DNA of 34,707 bases from an uncultured Desulfovibrio sp. (GCA_947176055.1 CAMWPE010000001.1:1-34707); one strand, 5' to 3'. Counted from the first letter of the stretch, positions 19,517-27,947 are shown. The notes: generated from the sequence alone by a model not told the origin. Made by a program: numbers and translations.

Positions 19517-20299
19517 GTGAATTATTCAGCGCTTCTCGAACGGACCGTTGAGGTTGCCCGGGCCGCCGGGGACATAATCGCCCGCGCCTGGGACGCGCCG
19601 CGCGCCGCGCGTCATAAGGGCAAGATTGATCTCGTAACGGAGACCGATATCGCCGTTCAGGCCTTTCTCAAGGAACAACTCCGGCCAGTCGCGCCCGGCG
19701 CGGATTTTGTAGGCGAGGAAGGCGAAGATAACAAAAACGTCGATCAGTCGCTGACCTGGATCGTTGATCCTGTGGACGGGACTACAAACTTCGTCCATCG
19801 CCTACCCTTTGTCGCCGTCTCGATTGCTCTCGCCCAGTGTGGCAAACCGGTTCTTGGCGTCGTGTTCGCGCCGAAAACCGGAGAATGCTTTTCCGCCGCA
19901 AAAGGCGAAGGAGCTTTTTTGAACGATCGCGCCATAGCGGTTTCGGAGGTGCGCGAGCTTACGGACGCGGTCGTCGCCACTGGTTTTCCCTATGATGTGG
20001 ATCCCAGTCTCGACGAAATATTGTCCCGCCTGGCGCGAGTCCTGCCAAAAACCCAAGGGTTGCGCCGGTTTGGATCCGCGGCGCTCGATTTGTGCTACGC
20101 GGCCTGCGGCAGAATTGATATTTATTACGAAGCGATACTTAAACCATGGGATATGGCGGCTGGTTGGCTGATTGTCGAGGAGGCTGGGGGAAAGGTTACG
20201 GCCCTGGACGGGACGGAGGCGCGCGCCGGAGGACCGGTGCTCGCTTCCAACGGTCATCTGCATGAAAAAGCTTTGGATATGTTGAATTTAAATTTATAA
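19517..20299 (+). CDS. suhB: Inositol monophosphatase family protein SuhB
   Basis: DLVTETD, GEE, WIVDPVDGTTNF, RRFGSAALD and WD.AAG..IV.EAGG. Confidence 0.9.
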   Translation: MNYSALLERTVEVARAAGDIIARAWDAPRAARHKGKIDLVTETDIAVQAFLKEQLRPVAPGADFVGEEGEDNKNVDQSLTWIVDPVDGTTNFVHRLPFVAVSIALAQCGKPVLGVVFAPKTGECFSAAKGEGAFLNDRAIAVSEVRELTDAVVATGFPYDVDPSLDEILSRLARVLPKTQGLRRFGSAALDLCYAACGRIDIYYEAILKPWDMAAGWLIVEEAGGKVTALDGTEARAGGPVLASNGHLHEKALDMLNLNL

Positions 20300-20809
20300 C
20301 CAGGGCAATTTACCCGAACCGGCGACATATTTGAACAGGGGACAGAAGGCGTAATCGCGGACCAGGAGGGCTTCGTATTCGTTTCGCGCCAGGATCAAGG
20401 TAGCGGAATCGGCCGGAGGCGCGTCGCAACGAGCCTCGTAAACATGCGGAATAGCGAACCCGGTTTCCTCCGTCACGGGAAAAATAATGGGCGGACGCCA
20501 ATCGAGAACGCGGGTCGCCCAGGCTGGAAGAAGGCGTAAGACGGCGTCGTCGGCGCATTCGTCCGCTTGAATAAAACCGAAGGCGCTGAAACCGAATTCG
20601 TTAGCGGGATTGAGGCGCAGAATTTTCCGGCCCTGTTTGTCGTTCAGGAGAAGGGCCGCGCTTTTATGAATGAGTTTTTGACGTTTCACGGCGGCGTATG
20701 GCATCAGGCAAAGCGCGCGTCCGGCCTGATCGAAAACCCGCGTCAGATTATCCGGAAAAAGCCGGTTTTGGCCGGGCTCGTCGCTTTGAGGAGATATATA
20801 ACGATTCAT
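20294..20809 (-). CDS. Degenerate Nudix / type-1 IDI-like protein
   Basis: RVFDQAGRAL..M......QKLIHKSAALLLNDKQGR resembles IDI/Nudix N-termini. Only a partial Nudix box (G-x5-E-x7-R). Start uncertain. Confidence 0.5.
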   Translation of the reverse strand: MNRYISPQSDEPGQNRLFPDNLTRVFDQAGRALCLMPYAAVKRQKLIHKSAALLLNDKQGRKILRLNPANEFGFSAFGFIQADECADDAVLRLLPAWATRVLDWRPPIIFPVTEETGFAIPHVYEARCDAPPADSATLILARNEYEALLVRDYAFCPLFKYVAGSGKLPWL

Positions 20810-21266
20810 GACAAAAAACGGCTCTTCCAGGCCTTTTTTCAGACAACTCGCCGGGCGCGACGCCCGCGCCATGCGCGATCTTGAGGCAACGTGCTTTTCT
20901 TTTCCATGGTCGTACGAACAATGCCTGGGAGCGTTGCGACAGGACGCTTTCGCCGCTTACGGTCTCTGGCGGGCGGAATCTTTGATTGCCTATATTTCCT
21001 GCTACCGTTTCCAGGACGAAATGGAGATAGCGAATTTCGCGGTGATCCCGGCCGAAAGGCGGAAAGGTTTTGGAAACCTTATGTTGCGGTTGCTCTTGCA
21101 AACAGCCCGCGATATGGGTATGCGTAAGGTTACGCTGGAAACGCGCGAGAGCAATTTCCCGGCGATCCGGCTGTACGAAAAACACGGCTTCGAGCCCCTC
21201 GGGCATAGACGCGGATACTATCCGGATACTAATGAAAACGCGTTGATTTTGTGTAAATCTTTATAA
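20808..21266 (+). CDS. rimI: Ribosomal protein S18 alanine N-acetyltransferase RimI (GNAT)
   Basis: LE..CFSFPWS, EIANFAV.P..RRKGFG, LETRESN.PAIRLYEKHGF..G.RRGYYPD..ENA. Confidence 0.9.
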   Translation: MTKNGSSRPFFRQLAGRDARAMRDLEATCFSFPWSYEQCLGALRQDAFAAYGLWRAESLIAYISCYRFQDEMEIANFAVIPAERRKGFGNLMLRLLLQTARDMGMRKVTLETRESNFPAIRLYEKHGFEPLGHRRGYYPDTNENALILCKSL

Positions 21267-21298
21267 TTTAAGCTCCCCCAGGGGGAAAAGGATTCAGG

Positions 21299-22063
21299 AT
21301 GAAAAAGATCATAGCCGCGAACTGGAAAATGCACAAGATTCGTCCCGAAGCCGCGAAAGAAGCCGCGGTTCTCGCCCAGTCCCTCGTCAAGGGGACTCCG
21401 GATAACCGTCTGGTTGTCGTCTTTCCTCCCTATACGGATATCGCCACGGTAGCCGACGCCTTCTCTGGCGTAAATAATCTCGCCGTCGGCGGCCAGAATT
21501 TTTATCCGGCCGAATCCGGTGCGTACACCGGCGAGATTTCCCCGGCGATGCTTCGCGACGCCGGCGCTACCTGGGCCCTTACCGGTCATTCCGAACGCAG
21601 GCATATCTTCGCCGAAAACGACGATATCATAGCCAAAAAAACCGCTTTTGGTCTGGCGCAGGGTTTCAAGATAATGCTTTGCGTCGGCGAAACCCTGAAG
21701 GAGCGGGACGACGGCGAGCTCAAGAGCGTTCTTTCCAGGCAACTTTCCACCGCCATCGCTCCCTTGTCCCCCGCGGAGCGCGACCGGCTTGGCGATAAAC
21801 TGGCGATAGCGTACGAGCCCGTATGGGCGATCGGCACCGGCAAGGTAGCCGAACCGCAAGAGATCATCGACGCCCACGCCGAAGTTCGCGATCTCCTGCG
21901 AGGTCTCGTGGGCGATATGGCCAAAGACCTGCCAATTCTCTACGGCGGCAGCGTGAAGGCGAACAACGCGGGCGCGATTCTCGCCCTTGACAATGTGGAC
22001 GGTCTTCTGGTAGGCGGAGCTTCCCTGGAGGCGACTGGCTTCCTCGAGATTATAGGAGCGTAA
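21299..22063 (+). CDS. tpiA: Triosephosphate isomerase
   Basis: AANWKM, GAYTGEIS, GHSERR, AYEPVWAIGTG, LYGGSV and LVGGASL. Confidence 0.98.
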   Translation: MKKIIAANWKMHKIRPEAAKEAAVLAQSLVKGTPDNRLVVVFPPYTDIATVADAFSGVNNLAVGGQNFYPAESGAYTGEISPAMLRDAGATWALTGHSERRHIFAENDDIIAKKTAFGLAQGFKIMLCVGETLKERDDGELKSVLSRQLSTAIAPLSPAERDRLGDKLAIAYEPVWAIGTGKVAEPQEIIDAHAEVRDLLRGLVGDMAKDLPILYGGSVKANNAGAILALDNVDGLLVGGASLEATGFLEIIGA

Positions 22064-22099
22064 ATCGGCCTCCGCGCGACGATCGATTTGGAGGATTTA

Positions 22100-22615
22100 G
22101 TGCAAACCCTGATTTTAACCCTGCATTTAATTGTCTGCGTTTTGCTGGTGGTTCTCATCCTGCTTCAGTCTGGCAAAGAGGGGATGGGAGTGATCTTCGG
22201 CGGAGGGAATTCTTCCGTATTCGGCAGCGCGGGAGCGGGAGGAATCCTGGCGAAACTCACGGCGCTTATGGGCGTTATTTTCGTCATTACTTCCTTGAGC
22301 TATACCTATGTGACAAGCTCCCACGAGGGATCGGAGTCGCAGATTCTAGACGTGCGGATCGAAGAATCGCCCGAAGACATAGCTCCGGCTACGCCCTCCT
22401 CACCCGCGGCCATAACTCCGGAAAAAGCCGCTCCCGCCGAGAGCGTCGCTCCGGATAAACCCGCGACCGCGACTCCTCCGGCCACGGAACCGACCGTACA
22501 GGACAAAGTCCCGGCGACGCCTCAAGCGACCTCTCCGGCGACCGAATCTCCGGCTCCGGAAACAGCTCCCGCGACGCCCGAAACTCCGAAGCCCGCGGAA
22601 CCAGCCGCGAAATAA
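22100..22615 (+). CDS. secG: Preprotein translocase subunit SecG with a long P/A/T/E-rich tail
   Basis: ILLQSGKEGMG..FGGG..SVFGS.G...L.KLT, located after tpiA. GTG 22100 preceded by GGAGG. Confidence 0.92.
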   Translation: MQTLILTLHLIVCVLLVVLILLQSGKEGMGVIFGGGNSSVFGSAGAGGILAKLTALMGVIFVITSLSYTYVTSSHEGSESQILDVRIEESPEDIAPATPSSPAAITPEKAAPAESVAPDKPATATPPATEPTVQDKVPATPQATSPATESPAPETAPATPETPKPAEPAAK

Positions 22616-22644
22616 CCGTAAGCGTCGACTAAAACGCTTTTAAC

Positions 22645-22671
22645 GCCGGCCGCGAGGCCGGCTTTTCTCTT
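22645..22671 (+). terminator. Intrinsic terminator after secG
   Basis: GCCGGCC-GCGA-GGCCGGC followed by TTTTCTCTT. Confidence 0.8.
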
Positions 22672-22865
22672 CGAGGAGACTTCTCCGGTGTCTCCGCTGG
22701 CTGAAAATCCTTGATAAAAAAATCAAAACGCGATCGCCCGCTAAAAGCTTTTCGCAAGATTTAAATCTATACCCGCGGCAAGATCGCTTATTTTAATGCG
22801 GATAGAACCTGACACGGGAGAGCCGCCTCTCGCGTTCGAAGCCCCGCCTCGCGCTATTTCAGGCC

Positions 22866-22898
22866 TATAAAAATGGGGCGTCCCCGGAAGGACGCCCC
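22866..22898 (-). terminator. Intrinsic terminator ending the rpmE-prfA-orf207-RNA transcript
   Basis: Minus strand GGGGCGTCC-TTCCGG-GGACGCCCC (9-bp stem) followed by ATTTTTAT. Confidence 0.8.
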
Positions 22899-22905
22899 GC
22901 GCTCA

Positions 22906-23072
22906 AAGAAAACTCCGCTCCGGCCATCGCTTTGGACCAATGACCAACGAATAAAAGACCAATGAATGCGGCCTCCGTCGCATGGCGTCGTCGCGACGCG
23001 TAAATGTTTTCATGCTATCGCCTTGATCGCCAAACGGATAGCCGCGAACAGGGCCGACGCGACAGTTTTCTT
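22906..23072 (-). ncRNA. Candidate structured ncRNA or 3' element downstream of the 207-aa helical protein
   Basis: Folded by hand. Closing stem AAGAAAACU/AGUUUUCUU + UCGC/GCGG + UCGGCC/GGCCGG. Internal hairpins at 23014-23042, 22985-22999 and 22966-22983. Unpaired UUGGUC x3 tract. Bounded by the stop codon and a terminator. Confidence 0.6.
22934..22966 (-). repeat. Imperfect 7-nt tandem repeats, (A/G)TTGGTC on the minus strand
   Basis: Plus strand GACCAAT GACCAAC GAATAAAA GACCAAT GAAT. GACCAA occurs at 22935, 22942 and 22957. Confidence 0.7.
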
Positions 23073-23073
23073 A

Positions 23074-23697
23074 TTACGCTTTTGACGGGGATTGCTCCGC
23101 GTCAAAATCTTTTTCATTAAATTCGTCAAAGGCCAGAATTGTTACGGTCCGCGCTTGATTCAGCGAGGCGATTTCGTCGTTGACAGAGGCGAGACTGTTT
23201 TTTAATTCGGCGATTCTCGCGCGCGTCCTGTCCAGGTCGGCTCCGTCGTACATATGGAGCCGCAAGATATAAATCTTGTTGTTTTCCGTAAAGCTTGTCT
23301 TGTAATAATCGGTATTTTTAATAATGGCCGGAAATTCGGCCGCGCTGTCGCCCGCGACCGAGCAAAATTCTTCCAGAATTTCGATTTCCCTCTGGATAAA
23401 TCCGGCTTTGAGCAGTTTCGCGCCAATTCCAAATCGTATATTGGCGTCCTCCGCGATCTTTTTCAGGTAAGCGATATATGCCTGGGTTTTCAGGCAGCGC
23501 GCGAGAGCCTCGTCGCTCTTCGCCTTTTTTTTGGCGATTTTCTCCTGAAATTCGCGCAAGTCCGCGTCGGTGGTGGCCGCGAATATCTCAAAATCGAATA
23601 CCTTGCGGGAATCCGCCAGCTCCTGGCGCAGTTCGCGAAGAGCGCCGCTATGGATTTTGATCAGGCTATGAATACGGGACAGGTTGACTTCTGGCAT
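23074..23697 (-). CDS. Helical coiled-coil protein, DIP1984/DUF6847-like by eye
   Basis: 207 aa with a GAGGAG SD, starting 28 nt after the prfA stop. Long amphipathic helices ending ..AEDAN.. and ..VNDEIASLNQARTVTI. Family assignment is pattern recognition only. Confidence 0.7.
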   Translation of the reverse strand: MPEVNLSRIHSLIKIHSGALRELRQELADSRKVFDFEIFAATTDADLREFQEKIAKKKAKSDEALARCLKTQAYIAYLKKIAEDANIRFGIGAKLLKAGFIQREIEILEEFCSVAGDSAAEFPAIIKNTDYYKTSFTENNKIYILRLHMYDGADLDRTRARIAELKNSLASVNDEIASLNQARTVTILAFDEFNEKDFDAEQSPSKA

Positions 23698-23725
23698 ATC
23701 AGGCTCCTCGCGCGGATCTACGCTC

Positions 23726-24799
23726 TTATCTCTTTTCCGCCTGCTCGCGCAAAGCGGCGGCTTGAGCCGACGTGGCCAGGGCGTCCAGCAACGGCGACAG
23801 CTCCCCTTCCATGATCTTGTCCAGAGAATAAAGCGTTAAATTTATCCGGTGATCCGTGCAGCGTCCCTGCGGAAAATTATAGGTCCGGATTCTTTCCGAG
23901 CGATCGCCGGTTCCTACCTGCGCTTTCCTGTCGGCGGACATTTCCATATTCCGCTTTTCCGTTTCGGCGGCGAGAAGGCGAGAGGCCAGCACTTTCATCG
24001 CCCTGGCTTTGTTTTTATGTTGCGAGCGCTCGTCCTGGCAGGAAACCACTATCCCCGTGGGCAAGTGCGTAAGGCGCACCGCCGACTCTGTTTTGTTCAC
24101 ATGCTGACCGCCGGCTCCTGAGGCGCGGAAAATATCGATGCGCAAATCTTCCGGTTTGATCTCCGCGTCCACTTCTTCCGCCTCCGGCATTACCGCCACA
24201 GTGGCGGCCGAAGTATGGATCCTTCCCTGCGTCTCCGTCGTCGGCACTCTCTGCACCCTGTGCGCTCCGGCCTCGTATTTTAGCCTGCTGTAAACCTTAT
24301 CTCCCGAAATGAGACAGATAATTTCTTTATAGCCGCCGCTGTCGGCCTCGGATGCGCTCAATATTTCGACTTTCCAGCCCATTAAATCGGCGTAGCGCGA
24401 ATACATACGGAAGAGATCGGCAGCGAACAGGGCCGCTTCCTCGCCGCCTGTCCCGGCCCTTATCTCGAGAATGATATTTTTTTCGTCCAGGGGATCGACC
24501 GGCAAAAGGGCTATTTTTAACGCTTCCTCGAGTCGCGGCAATTCTTCTTCCGCCTTCCGGATTTCCTCGTGCGCCATGGCCCTGATATCCGGATCATCGT
24601 CTTTCAACAGTTGGCGATTTTCCGCTATTTCTCCGGCCAATTGTTTGCGTCTGCGAAAAAGCTGGACAATTTCGCGCAGTTCCGCGTGAGCCTTGGCTAC
24701 TTTCTTATATTTTTCCGGATCATTAAATACTTCCGGATCCGCTAGAGAAGCCTCCAGTTCCTCGTACTTTCTCTCCAGCCCTTCGAGTTTGGCAAACAT
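23726..24799 (-). CDS. prfA: Peptide chain release factor 1
   Basis: [21 protein letters not shown] (RF1 PxT motif), GAGGQHVN and RTYNFPQ. Confidence 0.98.
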   Translation of the reverse strand: MFAKLEGLERKYEELEASLADPEVFNDPEKYKKVAKAHAELREIVQLFRRRKQLAGEIAENRQLLKDDDPDIRAMAHEEIRKAEEELPRLEEALKIALLPVDPLDEKNIILEIRAGTGGEEAALFAADLFRMYSRYADLMGWKVEILSASEADSGGYKEIICLISGDKVYSRLKYEAGAHRVQRVPTTETQGRIHTSAATVAVMPEAEEVDAEIKPEDLRIDIFRASGAGGQHVNKTESAVRLTHLPTGIVVSCQDERSQHKNKARAMKVLASRLLAAETEKRNMEMSADRKAQVGTGDRSERIRTYNFPQGRCTDHRINLTLYSLDKIMEGELSPLLDALATSAQAAALREQAEKR

Positions 24800-25821
24800 T
24801 ATTTCTCCGTAATAACGGGCTTGAATTCCCTGGAATAAGGCGCCGGAGACACGTCGTAATCGTCGCCTCCTCCGACAGCCTCATTCAGGGCGACCACCGC
24901 GACCTCCAGTTGACAGGCGTCCGGCTCGCGGGTGGTAAGTCTTTGCGTAGCCAGACCGGGAGCCTGAAGAAGAAACGAAAGCCGTCCGGCCGGCAGATTC
25001 GCGCCAAGCCGGATTATTTCGTAAGCGCACGCGCTGATTGGCGCTATAAAGACAAGTTTTAACGCAATAGTCAGAAGATGCTTCGCGACTGGATCCCGGG
25101 GCGTCCAGAATTTTAGAAAAAGAGGGATCAGGAACGACTGCAAAATTATGGCCACGCAAATGACAACCAAAGCGAAAGTGGTGCCGCAACGGGGATGAAG
25201 CCTGCTCCCGCGTCGCGCTCCCCTCGCGCTCACATTCTCGCCCGATTCCCAGGCCTGGATAATCTTGTGCTCGGCGCCGTGATATTCGTATATTCTCCGG
25301 ATCTCCGGAAAAAAACCTATAAAATATATATAGGCCATAAAAATAGCGCATTTAAAAAATCCGTCCCAAAGATGAAAGCTCGCGCCGTCCACATCCCCGC
25401 CCAAGTTAATAAAATGCATGGCGGAGGAGAGAAGATGGGGCGCGAAGATAAACAGGACCGCGGCCACAAGAATGGCGAGCGCGATGCTGACAGCTGTTCT
25501 CCAGGCCCCGCTCCCGTCGCCCGCCGCGCCTTCCGCCAGGACAATTGAGCGGTTAAAGGCCCTGACCCCGTTGATCAGCGTCTCAAGTAGAATGGGGAAA
25601 CCCCGGACAAACGGCCATGAAAGGAACCCCGCCCCGGAGAAGGAAATCCACGCGCTTCTTTCGCCGTATATACTCCCGTCCGGCAGACGAACGGCGAGAC
25701 CGCAACGCGCGCCGTCGCGCAACATTACGCCCTCGAACACCGCCTGCCCGCCTACGGGAGGACGAATGGCCAGACGGAAAGGTAAGTGAAAAATAAGACG
25801 GACTAGACTATTTCTGCTCAA
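24799..25821 (-). CDS. DUF1385 (YqhQ-like) membrane protein
   Basis: [23 protein letters not shown] and Q.LTTREP motifs; typical position between rpmE and prfA. Confidence 0.9.
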   Translation of the reverse strand: MSRNSLVRLIFHLPFRLAIRPPVGGQAVFEGVMLRDGARCGLAVRLPDGSIYGERSAWISFSGAGFLSWPFVRGFPILLETLINGVRAFNRSIVLAEGAAGDGSGAWRTAVSIALAILVAAVLFIFAPHLLSSAMHFINLGGDVDGASFHLWDGFFKCAIFMAYIYFIGFFPEIRRIYEYHGAEHKIIQAWESGENVSARGARRGSRLHPRCGTTFALVVICVAIILQSFLIPLFLKFWTPRDPVAKHLLTIALKLVFIAPISACAYEIIRLGANLPAGRLSFLLQAPGLATQRLTTREPDACQLEVAVVALNEAVGGGDDYDVSPAPYSREFKPVITEK

Positions 25822-26020
25822 ATTTGGCGTATTTCTTGCGGAAGCGGTCTATGCGCCCGGCTGTGTCCAGAAACCGTTGCTTGCCGGTAAAGAAAGGATG
25901 ACAAGCGGAGCATACTTCCACATGGAGCTGTTCGCCCTTCGTGGAGAGAACCTGCTCCTGATTGCCGCAAGCGCAGGTTATGGTGGCGTTGTATACTTTT
26001 GGATGGATGTCTTTCTTCAT
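25808..26020 (-). CDS. rpmE: 50S ribosomal protein L31 (Zn-binding type A)
   Basis: [32 protein letters not shown]. Confidence 0.97.
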   Translation of the reverse strand: MKKDIHPKVYNATITCACGNQEQVLSTKGEQLHVEVCSACHPFFTGKQRFLDTAGRIDRFRKKYAKFEQK

Positions 26021-26156
26021 TCCAGTCTCCCTACGCGATATGATCGCGATGAAATTAATCCGGTTGTTTTAAGAAAAAAAACAACCATATTTTTGCCGAC
26101 GGGCGAAACGACGACAAAAACCTGGTCGCTGAATGGCGCCGGTTTCCGGCGTCCGG

Positions 26157-26528
26157 TCAGGCGTTGGCGGCTTTTAACATATCTTCCACAGCCTCTATGG
26201 GGGGCCGCGCGTCCGAAGCAAGATTGCACAGACTCTTCACGGCGAGCATTAACATATCGAAATTCATGGTAAGCGCGTCTTTTCCATTGTCAATTACGCA
26301 CAAATCGCCGTCCACGGAGAGTTTGTAAACGGAGCGGCTGCGTTCCTTCCCGGCTCCCCGGACGATATAATATACTTTTTCGCCAGTGTCCGTAACGTAA
26401 AGTTGCTGCCGGGTAAGGCTGCCGCTTTCCTCGTCAAAATGCGAGCATTCGGAAAAAAGACGTCCTTTAAAGCGCAACGCGTCGCCGTTGTCATGTTTCA
26501 GACTAATATCTTCCATTGTTCTGGACAC
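26157..26528 (-). CDS. Hypothetical protein (123 aa)
   Basis: Plausible beta-rich protein with a GGAGG SD, co-oriented upstream of rpmE. No motif recognised. Confidence 0.7.
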   Translation of the reverse strand: MSRTMEDISLKHDNGDALRFKGRLFSECSHFDEESGSLTRQQLYVTDTGEKVYYIVRGAGKERSRSVYKLSVDGDLCVIDNGKDALTMNFDMLMLAVKSLCNLASDARPPIEAVEDMLKAANA

Positions 26529-26678
26529 GATGCCTCCGGAGAACAGTATTTGATAATTTTTGGAGCATACGGGATCGCTACATTTTTAACAGCTTGCAAT
26601 TTGAATTGTCAAGGTTATATGCTGAATTAATTGTTAGCGATTATCTATCCGGAACAACCGCGTTTACTGGAAAATATA

Positions 26679-27947
26679 ATGACAAGCGCGCCTCGACCCT
26701 CTCGCTCTTTCCGCCTGGTTTGCGAAGAAAACCGCCAAAGCGAAGTCGAAGACCTGCTCGAAGCCGAAGGTTACCGCTTCGAACCGGAGCCATTCTCGCG
26801 ATGGTGCAAAAAACTCGTTCGCGAGCCCGCGCCACTCGGCTCGTCCCTGGCGGCATTCTTCGGCTATATTTATATCCAGGATAGATCGTCCATGTTGCCG
26901 CCGCTCGCTCTCTCTCCGTCCCCTGGCTCGGGTATCCTCGATATGTGCGCGAGCCCCGGCGGCAAAACCGGATTCCTTGGTCAATTGTCCGGCGCGGCCG
27001 GCTTCGTCCTGGGAAACGATCCAAACCAGTCCCGTCTCGCGACTTTGCGAGCGAATATCGCGATTTCCAATCTGCTCCAGGTCTCGACCTGCGCCTATCC
27101 GGGCGAAAAACTTCCTCTCATTCCCGCTTCCTGGAACTATATCCTTCTCGATCCTCCATGCTCGGGTTGGGGCACGGAAGAAAAAAACCCGTCCGTACGC
27201 AGGCTTTGGCAAGGAAAAAAAATAGACAGACTGACAGCCATCCAACGCGCCCTGCTAAAAAAAGCCTCGGAGCTTCTCGCGCCCGGCGGCAGGCTTCTCT
27301 ATTCCACCTGCACTGTCAATCCCGCCGAAAATGAAGAGCAAATCGCCTGGGCCGAGTCCTCCCTGGGGCTTATCCAGGGCGCTCTCGCTCCCTTCCCGGG
27401 CTTCGCGTTCGCGCCTACCCGGGCCGGCTGTCTGCTGGTCGACGGCAAGGAATCGGCGGCGCAGGGCTTCTTTCTCTCCCTCCTGCTAAAGCCGGACGGA
27501 GAAAAACCGGCGCGACGCGAAGAATATTTCGCGGCCAGCCCTCTCCCCGCGAAGGCGATCGAATCGCCGGTCGTTGATCCGTCTCCTCTAGCCAAAGGCA
27601 AAACCGCTATTTTCGGTCAAAAAGTTTACTATTTGCCTGGGCCGGCCTTTGATATCCTGCCGAGAAAGTTCCAATGGAAAGGCTTCGCCCTGGGCAAATT
27701 CCGGCGAACCGGAACCAGCGAAGTTTTCCTTCCGGGAAATCGCCTCCGGCGACTGGCGAATTCCCGGGGACCGAAAGCGGTGTTTGACACCGTCGGCGAG
27801 ATCCGCGACTTTCTGGCAGGAAAAGCCATCCCGGCGAAGGGCGACGAAGTTTCGCTTTTCTGGCGCGATTTGCCCCTCGGCTTCGCCGCGATTAAAAACG
27901 GTCGTCTGATCGCCTCCTTTCGCCAGGCCCTGTCCGCATTAAAATAA
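26679..27947 (+). CDS. RsmB/NOP2/RsmF-family RNA m5C methyltransferase
   Basis: YIQDRSSM, LDMCASPGGKT, ILLDPPCSG and LYSTCT...ENE. Start moved to ATG 26679. Confidence 0.9.
   Translation: MTSAPRPSRSFRLVCEENRQSEVEDLLEAEGYRFEPEPFSRWCKKLVREPAPLGSSLAAFFGYIYIQDRSSMLPPLALSPSPGSGILDMCASPGGKTGFLGQLSGAAGFVLGNDPNQSRLATLRANIAISNLLQVSTCAYPGEKLPLIPASWNYILLDPPCSGWGTEEKNPSVRRLWQGKKIDRLTAIQRALLKKASELLAPGGRLLYSTCTVNPAENEEQIAWAESSLGLIQGALAPFPGFAFAPTRAGCLLVDGKESAAQGFFLSLLLKPDGEKPARREEYFAASPLPAKAIESPVVDPSPLAKGKTAIFGQKVYYLPGPAFDILPRKFQWKGFALGKFRRTGTSEVFLPGNRLRRLANSRGPKAVFDTVGEIRDFLAGKAIPAKGDEVSLFWRDLPLGFAAIKNGRLIASFRQALSALK

Noticed and set aside
22616-22865. tRNA-Leu often found after secG, or a TPP riboswitch suggested by GAACCTGA at about 22805
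   Set aside because: No cloverleaf or T-loop in context, the other THI-box motifs are absent, and there is no downstream gene to regulate.
22934-22966. CRISPR-like array
   Set aside because: The repeats are 6-7 nt with no spacers, and there are no cas genes.
22903-23013. 36-codon minus-strand ORF (MKTFTRRDDAMRRRPHSLVFYSLVIGPKRWPERSFL) inside the candidate RNA
   Set aside because: It has only a weak AAGG SD, buried in a hairpin. The 7-nt repeats are not codon-phased, and the pairing explains the sequence better. It cannot be fully excluded without Ribo-seq.
22906-23072. MITE or IS remnant reading of the terminal inverted repeats
   Set aside because: No target-site duplication is seen and there is no second copy in the window. 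The arm mismatches are strand-specific G-U wobbles.
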